DNA of 64,000 nucleotides from Haliotis cracherodii (lineage: Eukaryota), in NCBI RefSeq assembly GCF_022045235.1, contig NW_027266264.1, positions 84,072,001-84,136,000 on the forward strand. The letters run 5' to 3'. The position numbers and the translations under genes were made by a program. The notes under the pieces are model-generated. The model ran no database searches. It saw only the letters and a list, made by a program, of their open reading frames with translations, and was not told the origin of the DNA. Positions 1-14,700 of this stretch are shown here, piece by piece. The first letter of the stretch is position 1, and every line of letters starts with the position of its first letter.

Positions 1-121
1 CCCAGTTACACAATGCAGTGTACTTAATGTTCAAGAGCAGACGAGAGCGCGATACAAAATAAAATGCTAACCATGCCTGTGATTTGTATTGGGGTCCTAA
101 AGTGTAAGACACATATCTTAC

Positions 122-457
122 CATTTTCGTTATTATAGCAGAGGACACCAGCGCTCTGTCTAGAGCGTCCCGGTGGGGAGTTGCAGCCGAGGTCAACTTT
201 GTCGTCAAGGTCACTGAAAGGACAGCTGGTCAGATTAGTCTCTCCACCCTGACAGTTGAATTTTCCGACCAACATGGGAGTCGATGAGTAGATCTGCCCA
301 CTGAAAGTGACGCCACCAACAAAGCCCATAGAACGGCATGCAACGTCGGCGTCCTTATTGTTCCAGCCAACGTTGCAAACGGGTCCCCAGAATCCGTACC
401 TATTGACCTGAATGGAGCCATAGTCCCTGGAACTAGCTTGAAGACGGACAGCGGCGT
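122..457 (-). CDS. SRCR gene exon 20 (SRCR15)
   Basis: AAVRLQASSRDYG...WGPVCNVGW...AGVLCYNNEN; GTAAGA donor, so the gene continues off-window. Confidence 0.92.
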
Positions 458-1963
458 CTGGAAGATAAAGGAACGAGAGGTGTAACTGAAAGTGACCAGA
501 ACCTATAACACATGTAGCATGTAGCACCTCCTGCGTTCATGTTTCCACGTTAAATATAATGAATTTCCCTTAGTCTTGGTCTCCATTGTCTTATTATTTT
601 CACATTATTTGTTTTTTTCTGTTATGTTGGACAATTTCGGAATTAGTTTTGAAATAATACACTATGCATTCAAGAAAAAAGATACTGTCTTCACATTATA
701 AGTATAACTGGACCTGAAAGTGTCGCCGACCATAAAAAACACGTGTTCTGATGAGGAAATACATTAAAAAATTAATGACACATATAGACGCAATATCTGA
801 CAAACAAATCATGGTTATATGACAAACCATTTGCGAAGGTATAAATGAAGTGTATAGTTTGTACCGTTACGGCGTATGTTGTTGTAGGAGCAATAGACGG
901 TGGCGTATTTGCCGGTAGTGCAGGTGCCAAAAGCAAGGTTGCAGCTGAGAAGGTCCGACTCAGTGCCAGTGCAACCATTGACGGTGACGGTGATGGTGGA
1001 GGCGTCGACATCTCCCACTGCGTTACAGCACTGAGACTTGCCGTCGGTGTAGCCTAGTTTCCTGCATACAACGCGGGCAGCAGTGTTGTCGAAGTTGTGG
1101 TCGCAGACGGGGGACCATTGGTTGTTCCTGTACACTTCGACACGGCCGTAGTTGACGGTGGAGGATCCCATTACACGAACTGGGGAGAAGGCGAAAATCA
1201 TCTCAACCAATATACGTGAATATTCGGCTTGCTTGTGTTACTGTGTTCATGAAATACCGTGTTGTAAGCTAGATGTAAAGACTTCTTTACAGCAGTTTCA
1301 ACAGTCATTTCTGTTTTTATTTACTTTAATATTGTGTACTCACCGTTGTCAAAACACATGATAGCGTTATCCTTCTTGTGGTTAGAACAGCCGAAGTAGC
1401 TCTGCCTCCACTGAGACGCACACTCGGAGATAGATCTCTCCGTCCCTTTGCAGTTCAGACGGCTAAGATAGATCGTTCCACTTCCGGGGCCAAATGTTCC
1501 CAGACCCATGTGACGACCGGTGGTGTAGTTGAGCATGCGGCAGAGGACGTCGGCGTTTTTGTCCATGTACCACCCCGAGTATAGTGTACACATGGTACCC
1601 CAGGACCCGTCCACGCTCAGCTCAACCCGACCAGCAGACCCCGTCTTGTTTCCCAGGCGCACCTGTAGACCTTCAGGAAAATGAATGAGCACATTAGTGT
1701 TTGCGGTTCAAATCCGATAACCTCTCAGCTTAACAGTTCGGGAGCAGGCAAGCCAGTTGTTGGACATGGTATCTTCGCCTCAGGGGCGATGAAACACGGT
1801 CTGCCATTTGACAGGTGAAAATATCTCATACACATGGTAACTTCAGCAGTAGTTCAGTTCTATCAGGTGTGACAGTTTAATGTGGGAGGAAAACCCGAAG
1901 TAATGTATGCTATAAACGTTTAACATTTTCATGAAATGACCACGGCTTTGGTACCGCCAAACC

Positions 1964-2000
<37 letters not shown>

Positions 2001-5000
2001 GTTCATTTATATGGCGCTGTACTCCACTCGCTCGTCTGACATACATTGGTTTAGTATACGTTTTATTCATTTTCTGTGTATAATCATATGTACAGTAGAA
2101 CTTATTCCATTGCTTCCTTTCTCTTTTTATTTGATGTTTGGGGACACGGGTGGCCCAGTCGTCTTCAGTGCCATCGCTGTGCAGAGCTGCGTCCCTTGGG
2201 CACGCCAGAAACCTATGATTGTGGGTTCGAATCCCGGTTCGCCCCGATTAAGTTTCTAGGTTTGTCAGCACCATACCCGTGCTCGTGGGTTTCACCGAAG
2301 TGGTAAACGTCTGTGACCTGCATCACTTCTGGCTTTCCTCCCACATTAAGCTGACACGCCGCGATACTGGAATATTGTTCAAAGCGGCGTTAAACCCAAC
2401 TCAGGCACTCATTATTTCATGTGTAAACAGGTCACCATAACCCTTACATAAACTGGCCCATGGCATTAGATTCTGATGTCAATACCCACCACTAGTTTGG
2501 TAGCAGTAGACGGCGGCATCCCCTTGGGAAGAACAGTTGGCAGTGTCGCCGAACCGAACTCCAGCACAGTTAGAGAGGTAGGTTTCTGAGCCGTCACAGT
2601 TAATATTGGACAACCATCTCACTGTGGAAATGGTGTAGAAGGAGTAGTATCTGTTGTAGTAGGTGTAGGCGAAGCCCCCGGTGTATCCCTTTTCTCGGCA
2701 GATCACCATGGCCTCCCTGTCGTCGAAGCCGTCGGGGCAAATGTAGCCACTGATGCCCATGTGACCGATCGTGACGCGGCCCTGGTACGTGTTTTGTAGG
2801 GCGAGGGTGTACCCTGTAGGGAAACTCTTCTTGTGATTAACTTAGTAAGGCATGCAAACGGAACATTATATGTATTTAAAAGCAAGATAGTGTACTCTAA
2901 AGGTATTCTGTAAACGCTTGTTCACCATGACGCTATACACTCCTTGCGTCTACTTCTCTGTGATTTGGACACGTTGCTCTATGCTCTCCGCTTTTACCAA
3001 GGTGTTCAATGATCGATCTATGATTGTGACAGGAACCGCCACACCACCAGCTATTACCAATGTATTTGAGTCTCTCGTGGGTAGTTCTATCATTACCCTT
3101 GTTTTCTACACCAAAGAAGACCATTTCTGATGCCCACGTCACGATGTGACACAAATGTAAAGACAACAAAACTCTCCAAAATGAGACTGAATGAACGATG
3201 CATAAATATTATGTTTGAAGCCCGTTCTTACATACTCCAAGCGTTTTCATAACGTCAGAATTGTCAAAAACGATCAGATATGCTTTTTTCTCTTTATATC
3301 TACCTGATCGAGGGTTCGTGTTGGAGCAGACCGCCGAGGCATACTTCCTACTGGGACAATAGGTCATGCTGATGTCATGGGGGCAGTCTCTGAAGCGAGT
3401 CTCGCGGCCTGTGCAGCGGACGTTAGTGTAGCCAATACCGTAGTACTGTCTGCCGAAGGCGGAGGCACCGACACTGACGCCGTACAGGTAGCCAATCTGG
3501 TTGCACACAACTTTGGCGCTGATGTCGTTGAAGTTGTCTGCACATACCATCTGGTAGCTGCTGACGCCGTCGTACACCTGAACAGCCCCATACTGCCTGT
3601 TTGGTCGGAGGCGAACTGAGAAGTGAAAACAAGTTTTAAGTTCATTTCTACTGTTGGAGGTGATTCGTAAATTACTGACTTAAATACATTATAAACTGAA
3701 TTTTGGTCTTGCAAAAAAGGTGTAACCACTGACAACCATATCAAAATTAGTAACGCCACACTTGCTCACCTGGATATGTAGTCTAACAGTTTAATATGTC
3801 AAGACAGCCACTTCAGAAAAGTGTTCTCAGGCTGGATATTCAAATTTGTTCTGCATATATACTGAGAAAATATTAACTATAAAATCTAAGGATTTGAACA
3901 AAACATAGTGTCATCATAAGGACACGCACAGGCCCAAGTTCAGCTAGCTCAGTCTGACAACTTCAGAGAAAATCTCAGGGCCAGATATGCATTTTGAGAT
4001 CAAGATCAAAGTTTAAAATATCGCAAAAAAAAATGACCAGTAAACTACGGTTAAAACGAATTTAAAGGGACCACTAATTTTAGTTCGTTATAAACGTAGT
4101 TCGTTATAAACATATATACAACGTATGTTCAGCAAATGGTCGGGACAAAAAACACAGCTTGGTATATCCGTCAGTTCTTAAAAGCGTGTTCGTTATAAAC
4201 GTAGTTTACTGTATGTTGACTAACTACATATTCTACACGTTCACCATACCATTACATTTTGAAGAGCCAAAAATAGCTTTTTCAATACATCTGAAATATA
4301 CAAAAGCGTATTCGAACCTCATGAACATATTCAATCATTGATGGGGACAAGCAGAGGAGAAGATGTTTACAGTCCGAGGAAGTACATTTTATGAGATAAT
4401 TTAGTCATAAGGTTAAGTTGATCGAACAGACAGCAAATAATCAACATTAGGTTCTCAAATTTCGAGTAATGGTTCACTGCTAAAGTGTTTTCTGAGCATA
4501 TGTTGTTCACAGTGCAGGGAAAGCCATTTTGAGAGAATTTAGGAGCAAAGTCGATTTCAAAGGTGAAATCAAAATAAAAAATATCGAAAAAAAAGGAACA
4601 CATTTGTTGATCCCACTATTATATACACATGCAGCTAATGTCATTACATTTTTAAGAAATGGCTGATCTGGTAATGGCCAAAACGAGGTCTTTCAATAAC
4701 ATATTCCTCAAAACCAGCACGACAGCCATAATTATTGGCTTCAGTGCAAGGGAATTCATTTTGAGAGAATGTTTTAGCATGGTTGAAATGCAAAGGTCAA
4801 ATTATGTGAAATAAATTTAATATTGCCCATAATGGAACCTACGTGTTGAGCCCCAGGGCTAACTACACATAGGAGGGCGTTCATTATATTTTGAATCTTA
4901 ATGACAGAGTCATAGCAAAAGGAAGTTTCAGCTTTCAATATTGTTGAAGTGCAAAGGTCAAATCGGGCATCTGTTTTTAAATATCTGAAAAAAAACAGAA

Positions 5001-8000
5001 CATCTTTGTTGAGCCCCACTACTAACTACACGTGAATTATATTTTGGAAATACATGGCTGATTATTGGGCCAAACTGCCGTGGTGGCCATATTGAAACTC
5101 GGATTCAAACATCTTGAATAAATTTGGATGTCATCCTTCCGGCATTTTGGTCACGTGGGTTCTCAGGAGACTTTCAGTCACGTGAGCCAAGAACCTACAT
5201 GGTTCGGGTTTAGTTGCACCTTACAGACTTAGTACCATTTACTAGTTTGTTTGCAATTGCTGATATGACGCAAACCATGAGGTTTGGTTTGAGTCTCGAT
5301 CAGACAATCCAGTGATTGACACCATGAGCATCGATCCACGCAATTGGGGTACAATTACACGCACCAAGTCAGCTATCCCGTTAGTCGCCTTTTACGACAA
5401 GCATAATCGCCATTTACGGCAACTTGGGCTGCTGAAGACCTATTCTACCCCGGATCTTCACGGGTGCAAACCATGAGGTAACACACAAGTTAACACCAAG
5501 AAAATATTGAAATACAATAAAATATACAATATCTCAATACCTGAACTACACAGTTTTATTCACTGTGGGAATTCATGGTGGCTAACACCTGTAGTCGAGC
5601 ACAATATACATGCGTCATTATGGTGAGTATATGTGCACATACTCACCTAGACCAGAACACTGCACTCCAACGTCGTATCGGTGACCGTTGCAGGGGTAGC
5701 TGTTGGTGACATTGAACCTGCTGGATCGACAGTTCCATAGCGCCTTCTCTGTACCCGAGCACGTTGGAGAATACAACCACACGGGCCCAGTCCCTCTGCC
5801 GTAGGTGCTCGTGCTTTTACCGGAGCCATCAGGATAGCCCAGGGACTTGCACACCACGCGTGCGCTGCTGGAACTGAAGCTGTAAGCACAGACGCTGCCC
5901 CACACACCGCCGATCTGAACCTCGACGCGTCCAGCACTGTTGGATATTTGTCCGTTCTTTATCAGACGGAGGTTCACTCCTACCAAAGATGTAAAGGTGG
6001 AGGTCATGCAAGTGTTTTAGTAACGTGTAGGAATAGGAATATACCGATCGATACATATATAACTGCCATGCTATGTTGATGTTCCCTGTTCAGTTTACCT
6101 GTGTTGTCGTTGTAGCAGTAGACATATGCAGCCTTGTAATAGGACGAGGTGCAAGAATACGGAAGACGTGTAGAAACGGCGCAGTCCTGAAGCCTCGTCT
6201 CGTTACCGATACAGCTAGCCGCAAACAGGCGGGGAGGGGTGTTGTAGGCGTATCCCACAGGGCCAAACGCGACACCCGACACGTATCCCTTGGATCGGCA
6301 AACCACCCCAGCTTCCTCGTCTCCCCACCCGGTATTGCAGACAGTCGCATTCAACCCCATCTTCTGAATCCTCACCATAGATGGGAAGGTTGTGCCAAGC
6401 ACAACGTCAAAATCTGACAAAGGGAAAGTGCATGAAAAAGAATCATTTTCATATTCTCAAAAAGTTTAATTCCCTCACGTGTCAATATATGGTAGTAAGC
6501 TTCCATTATGTTACAATAAATATCCCTTCATACGTAGGCAATACGTCAAATGATATATAAAGCTGTGTGTTTATTTGCTTTTGAATATATTTGAATATAT
6601 ATCTAGCGTTGGAAAATGCTGACGTTTACACGATGAACCTTTTTCCAAATGACATAGGACCCTAACTCACCGTTGGTGACAGGTTGCTTAGAGCAGATGA
6701 CGCTGGCGTAATTGTTGTAGGGGTAGCTGTTGACGCAGCCGCCCACTCTGAAGCCGCAGTTGGCTACAGTGGTCTCTGAGCCGGTACAGTTCAAGTAGCT
6801 GATCGCGGCGGTATAATATTGAGTCCCAAACGTCCCCCTGGGAAGAGCAAAGCCATAAGGGTACCCCAGCTCCCTACACACGACTGTTGCATCGTAGTTG
6901 TCAAAGCCGCTGCCACAGATGATGCGCCAAGAGCTGTCTTTGTAGAACTGTACAATGCCAGTGGACGCATTTACATTCGTAGTGCCCCGTACAAGTTTCA
7001 CTGGGGATGGAAAATGGACATGAAGAAGATACATATATTTAATTATTATAATTATCACAGACATAACCTTGATACATTTTGGTCTGACATAGTTTTATCT
7101 CTATTGTATCATCAAAGTGACCTTCACCTGCTGTTACAAGTAGCAAGAATACAAATACACATAACTTAACATCTTATACATGCCTCCCATAAACCTTTCG
7201 CTGCATGACATGTCACAAGAAACTTATTTTAATATGGTTAATACTACAATGTAAGCACCATAAACATGATATTGGTACAATGTTCGAATTAACAGGGTTC
7301 GACCTTGTAAAGTTGTAAGGACTAGTGACCGCCCCCCTGGCCTGGTGGTAGAGCGTCCGCTCGGAGAGCAGAAGGTCGGGGGTTCCATTCCCGGCCGCGA
7401 AACAAGACGTGACCTCATCTTACCTATAAAGACTAGTCGTGTTCTACCATGATTTATTGTATTTGCTAACATTTTGTTATGCTCCAATCTCATAAAAAAT
7501 CAGGTCTTAGTCCTCGCTATCGCTAAACAAAGATCTGAGGACATCCCATTACGGGTCACGTCAGAACGACCTTTCATCCGACCAATCAAAGCGTGGCTTA
7601 CCAGATCATGAAAGCGACAGTCGTAATGTGTTTTCTAATCATGCAACCACCAAAACGTTAACAAGGGCTATTTCGAACAACAGTTACGACCGGTACGACT
7701 GATTCCGTCAAAATTATCGTCTGTCTCTCGCTTTTAAACATTTGAACGGAGGAGACGTTGCACAGTACGCGGGGAGCACTGCATTACAATCTCAAACATA
7801 TATTAGACATTCCGGAATGTTCGTTGTTCAGTTTTCAGAATTTTAATCGAGAACTGTGTCAACATATTTTTCAAGCGTAGTCTGAAATGGAAGTCACCGG
7901 ATTGAAACGAGTGCCCTAAAGCTCGAGAAAGCTGCTTTCTAATTGGCTGATGTCGACTTCCTGTTCGTCGTTTTAGTGGTCGGTCAAAGTTCGCGAAAAG

Positions 8001-11000
8001 TCGTTCTGACGTGACCCGTAATGGGATGGCCTAAGATCTTTGTTTAGCAGCAGCGAGAACTAAGATCTGATTTTTATGAGATTGGTTATCCTTATTCGTA
8101 CTTGCGCTGTATGCGCCGACCATTTCAGTGCCATGTATACTAGAATATCGAGAGTAGGCCCCAGTGGTTGATAGCAAAAGTTCCATACAGGCGGGTTAAA
8201 AGGCACACTGTCATGGCATATATTGTAAGCACCAATCCTCATGTGTAGGTATGACGTCACGCCTTGGATACTGGGCCGTGGAAAGTATCCCCCTGGTGAT
8301 ATATGTATATTGCGTAGGTTTGTGTTTTAATAGCATAATTGCACCTACCATTTCCGTAACATTGGACGCCCAGATCGTTGGCGTGATTCTGACATCTGGT
8401 CGTGGTTGCACCAAACTTATTATTGACACACTGGAATACGCTTGACTCAATCCCGTAACAGTAGGGATCAGATAAGTACACTTGTCCACTTCCAGGGCCA
8501 AACGAACTGGTAAAAAAATATTGTTAGGCTTTTATTCTAAAATAGCATCCTGCCAATGGTAAGAATGACTCAAATTAGAAACAGTATGTATACTATCAAT
8601 ATATCCACGTTCTAATGTCCTCAATATCTATCATATAATGGGGTTGTTTCTTTGTTTGTTGTTTACGCAATATTAAAGCTACATGACGGTTGTTTGTAAA
8701 TATTAATTTAGTCTTAACCAGACAATCAAGTGATTGACATCATGAGGATCGATCTACCAATTTGGATACGATGACAGGCATCATCCAAGTCAGCGATCCT
8801 GACCACCCGAATAATTCTAACCTGAATCTTCACGGGCAGGATAAAGCTGGTTAAAGCCGGATAAAGTCGGATAAAGCTAACGGGTAGAAACGTAGCCACG
8901 AGTGTAAAATCCTCTTCTTCCCCCGTCACGAGATGAGAGAAAAACGATATTTCACGAGTGACATGGAATATCCTTCTTATTATACACTTTTTTGTAGTTG
9001 TCTACCGGAAAACTAAATTATTTCAATACAAATGTAAAACCTTGATACACAGGTACGGTTCGCCACCCTTTGTATTTGTAACTAAAAAGTAGTTTTGTGT
9101 TTGCAAAATTATAAAAAAAATATAAACAAAAGTAACAAATAAATTCTAGGTCACGAAAATTCTGTATCATACATATACAAACGATTCTATACAAAATCAA
9201 CAAAAATATTCTTGAAAACTAGGACACCGCTGTTGGTAGCGAAAGAATACACGCTTGAATGAGAAATTTACAGTTTATAACGAAACATTTTCGAGAGAAA
9301 AACAAACGGCAAGAAGTGATATTAACTCCATAAATGACCATCTGTTATTATTTTGCATGTGGAATGTGGAACTAACGTAAAAAGAACGTCAACCGTTTGT
9401 GTTCGGGCTAGACACTTATGGTAAAGGGAGACAATTTAAGGGGACGTAACTCTTGATTGACAATAGTTCCGTCACACTGTTGTGTTCACTGCAGTGAAAT
9501 ATTAAGTGTTATATTCACTGCAGTGAAAATATCACTTTTCTCAACTTCAGAAGACTCGTTCTTTCATTTCTTTCCCACTGAAATATATACTAAACCACGC
9601 TTCGTTCTTCATTGATCTTTCCGATTTATCGCGTAGCTATCTTCTATATATATCAATACAGTAGCTCGCATCAATATTTCCTACATCACAAAATAGTCGT
9701 TCCTGTAAATATATCCTACATCACAATACAGTAGCCCCCGTCAATATATCCTGCATCATAATACAGTAGCCCCCGTCAATATATCCTGCATCACAATACA
9801 GTATCTCCAGTCAATATATCCTACATCACAATACAGTAGCTCCTGTCAATATATCCTGCATCATAATACAGTAGCCCCCGTCAATATATCCTGCATGACA
9901 ATACAGTAGCTCCTGTCAATATATCCTACATCACAATACAGTAGCTCCTGTCAATATATCCTGCATCACAATACAGTAGCTCCTGTCAATATATCCTGCA
10001 TCACAATACAGTAGCTCCTGTCAATATATCCTACATCACAATACAGTAGCTCCTGTCAATATATCCTGCATCACAATACAGTAGCTCCTGTCAATATATC
10101 CTGCATCACAATACAGTAGCTCCTGTCAATATATCCTGCATCACAATACAGTAGCCCCCGTCAATATATCCTGCATCACAATACAGTAGCTCCTGTCAAT
10201 ATATCCTGCATCACAATACAGTAGCTCCTGTCAATATATCCTGCATCACAATACAGTAGCTCCTGTCAATATATCCTGCATCACAATACAGTAGCTCCTG
10301 TCAATATATCCTACATCACAATACAGTAGCTCCTGTCAATATATCCTGCATCACAATACAGTAGCCCCCGTCAATATATCCTGCATCACAATACAGTAGC
10401 TCCTGTCAATATATCCTGCATCACAATACAGTAGCTCCTGTCAATATATCCTACATCACAATACAGTAGCTCCTGTCAATATATCTTACATCTCAATACA
10501 GTAGCTCCAGTCAATATATCCTGCATCACAATACAGTAGCTCCAGTCAATATATCGTACATCGCAATACAGTAGCTCCAGTCAATATATCCTTGATCTCA
10601 AGTCACTAATTACCGCCAATCCGAAAACCCCACCCACTTACCGTGAGGCAATACCGTCATTGAAGCCCAGTTGCCTACACACAGCTTGTGGGACGTACGG
10701 TGAACGATAACTGTAGCACACGGTGCCTCGCACGCCCTCGTAGATGATCTCTACCCTCCCTGACATCGCAGTTCCTCCAACCAGCTCCAAGCGGGTTGCT
10801 GTAGCGGATCAAGTATGTAACGTAGAGAACGAGATCATTAATACCACCATAACCTTCATGGGCATATTTTGTATGGATAATGGTGTGTGTGTGCGTTTGT
10901 GCGTGCGCGCGCGTATGTGTATTTGGGCAGGTCAATTATAAGAACGAGCTTGTTTTCTCAAATATAATGATTTAAATCTTCCAAATTTTCCAACAAAAAC

Positions 11001-11691
11001 GTTGCACCTTTTTTTTAAATGACTGATGAGTAATCATAAGATAATAATCTTCTCCAAATCAACGGAATAAAATGTGTGGAAAGGATAACGATTTGCCTTT
11101 CAGAAACATTTATTATGAAGTAAAAAAGGCCATTGTATTGATTTTAAAGTCCTCTACGTTCATGGTCTCTGTAGGGAAGTTGGAAGTCGTTCAACTCACG
11201 ATTGTTTCTGTAACACAAAACACCTGCGTCGAAACCAGCATAATTCCGAGATGTGCAGACCTCACTTCCGGTGGCACAATTAAACAGAGAGGTCTCGTTG
11301 CCGAAGCAGTTCACCTCGGACAACAGGAACGGTCCAAAAGCTCGTGTGTTGAACTGATAACTGACACCACCCGCCATTCCCAGTTGGCGGCAGACGACAC
11401 CAGCGTCTGTGTCATCCCAATTCACCTCGCAGACTCTCCCGGAAATTCCAGATTTTTTAACTGCGACGTGGCCCGTGACAGAACTATACTGGTCGGGACC
11501 GCCAGTGAGCTTGATAGAAGTGTCTGAAAGTTAAATAGGTTATGATGTCTGGGCAATTATTCATAAACACCTAGGAGTTCAAATGTACTGTCTTCGTATA
11601 TAGAATTAAAACATCAATTCAGAGAATAATTTGTGTCGATTATGTGCCGAACAGATTCCATTTGGCATAAACGTCCCTAAAAGGTGATGAA

Positions 11692-11729
<38 letters not shown>

Positions 11730-14700
11730 AAGAGAGAGAGAGAGAGAGAGAGAGAATGGTTGATAGTGCAGCGGGCATATGATGTCGATCCACGGCCCCC
11801 CTGATACGAGGGGCCAGACCTGGTCCGCAATGGTTATCATCTGTCATCTGCGGGATCACTCCACACCCTGATGCATCCTCCCCAAACAACAGACAGTGAT
11901 CGAACGTGCTCAGACCCACAGTGTCGTGGACATGTCCGCTTCCCGTGATGGGACCTTTTGATCCGAGGTCAGACGCCTTGTGAGCCTTGTCCATATGACC
12001 TAACCCCGACAGCAAGCTTACAAAGTACATATGTCACCTGATGACTCCAAGCCCCGCAACATAAGTATCGGCGTCGAGCTACAGTGACTGCTACGACACA
12101 TGGTCCGGCATGTTACACATCTTATCGTTGGCAATGTTGCAACCAATCAAGTCACCATCCTCAACAGACTGCATGCAAGTTGGTTACCCATTCCAAGTAT
12201 CTAAGCAGTCTCACACAAGAATGTACCACCCGAGAACAGAATCGTTTGGTTTCCGTTACTTACCTGTATTTAGAGTTCCATTGTAGCAGGAAACTGACGC
12301 ATATCCGGTATAGCCCTGGCGACTGCATGTCCCACTTCCTAACGTGCAATTCCTGATTGAGGCCTCGTTGCCAGTGCAGGTGATGTTGCTGCCTAAGTAG
12401 GTGGAGTAGTAGTAGGTACCATAGGATCCCCTTGGCAAGGCTCGGCCATTCTGGAAGCCTAGTTCTCGACAGACGACTTTTGCAGCCGTGTCATCAAAGC
12501 CAGTTCCACAAAGGGGTTGCCAGCTCGAGTACCTTCCAAACTGCCTCCAGATGAGGACTACACCGTGGCCATGATCTCCTCTGTATAATCTCACTGAAAA
12601 CGACGTGAAACTCACACTTAAAATGAATTTTTTTCAGAAGGAATGGGGGACATTTTCTTCATTAAAGTGTCCCTTTCTTCCCCATTCTTATGAAAATACT
12701 GAATCCGTGGTTTGATTGACTGGACATCCTAACAACCCAGAGCTACGTTCCGGCCCCTTTACAAATCTGTGTACAGTTGGTGCCTAAAACCGCTTGTGTT
12801 TAAAAAACAAAATATCAGGACCAAGTGACAAATGTCCTCACCTTTTCGCGTAGGTTGAAAACAGCTGTGTTGTATGTAAAAATAACAATGCGCTCACCAT
12901 TTGTCCAGCAACATGATGACGGCATGTACATAATCTGTATCAGACAAACCAGTGATTGATAGTATGAGCAACGTTCCGCGACGCATATATTAAAATATAA
13001 AGAGATTGGTGCTTAACCAATTTGTCCATGTGCATATTTCATGTATCAGACAAACAAGAGCGTTATCGTTATCCCCTTTGGTAAGGGTTAGTGAAAGGAT
13101 TTTGTTTAAGATTTATAATTTACATTCATTGAAGCAGGTGACTGAAGCGTCCTTCGAGTGGTCGACACAGGATGATGCAGGATTCCTCCAGCCTCGGTTA
13201 CGACAGGACCACAGTGTCTGTTCATATCCCCCACAATATAAACTATCCATAAAGATGGGACCGCTCCCTCTCCCGTAGTACGATCCTGTTTGAAAACAAA
13301 GCCAGGAATGCAAATGTTGTAGATATTTGTCAGTGAAAGTTATGATTACATTTCTTTAGAAAGAAAACAATTCTTTGGATCGGAGAGATAAAATTACAAC
13401 GGTGTAATATCTTGAATTATGTAATATCATTAAAGATGTAGCCTACCAGTCAGGTAGTTTCCGTCCTTGAAGCCTAACGTTTGGCAGACAACTCTTGCAT
13501 CCCCGTTCGTGAAGCTGTTGTCACAGACTGTGCCTGTCTCTCCGTCGAAGGTGATTTCCACTCGGCCGTGACTGGAATCTCCACCAGCAAGGCTGAGTTG
13601 TGGAGGACCTAGAACGACATGTATTAGAGATTAGAGTCCGTAAACCCGTCCCAATAATATCTTCCCAGAATTCGCACAGTTTAAATGTGCACGACAGCAA
13701 AAAGGAAATGATTTTTTACGACCATTTATATTTTTTCGCATGTATGATTGTGGCGCTGTTTATTATACAGTAGATATGTCAATAACATATATATTTTTAT
13801 TTATTGTAACGACCACGTTATGACCTTTCACCTTCACATAATCTTTGTAAAACTAACACTAAAGGTTGGACATCTCCCATGAAACGACACGTCCCGAAGC
13901 TAAGTAATTTTGTGTATGGAAGAGCCCAGCAATGATCTTGGAAAACTGGATCCCAGAATTTGATGTGATGTTTTTATCTAGACAGATTAAGTGAAGACAT
14001 CACTTCTACAGGTTTGTAATTGTAATGATGTTAGAAGGTACGTATGATGACACATGGCCATCTAATACAGCTTCGGCTGGACCAATTCGAAGAAGTGCAA
14101 GCATGGGTCTCTACTCTGTTAATAATGTCTTATTGGGAAGCTAAGTTCTATCTGTGTATATCAAGGTAGCGTTTTACTATTGCAGAAGGCTTAAAATCTA
14201 TACATCCGAGATTAAAAAAAGAAACTAAATCAACGGATAGGTACAGGAGAAACATTGATTGTTTAGAATACAATAGACACAAGATGAATAGGTGTCTTCA
14301 TACTTCGCCATTATCAAACTTTAATAACAAACATGACTCCCGTTTCACCAGTAGTTACATTTAGGTGACGGACGAAAATTATTTAATGTCTAAACCTACC
14401 GTTATTGTAACAGAGGACATTTGCAGGATTACAGTATCCTCTTGGTACACCCCAGACGGAGGACACACACTGGTCCTAACTAAACCTACCGTTATTGTAA
14501 CAGAGGACATTGGCAGGATAGCAGGAGCCTCTTGGTACACCCCAGACGGAGGACACACACTGGTCCAGGCTCGTCTCCTGGCCAGTACAGTTCACTGACG
14601 TGATCCACACAGGAAGGTCAGTCCTTGCGGATGTAGTGCCGAAGGTGACACCGCCTCTGAAGCCAAGCTGCTTGCACACCACGTTGGAGGCGTTGACGTT

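Noticed and set aside
845-7169. Plus-strand ORFs overlapping SRCR exons
   Set aside because: Antisense shadows of GC-richer coding exons.
14476-14489. 14-nt GT...AG segment between the duplicated exon ends
   Set aside because: Far below the minimal spliceosomal intron size, and its removal would shift the frame of the duplicate.
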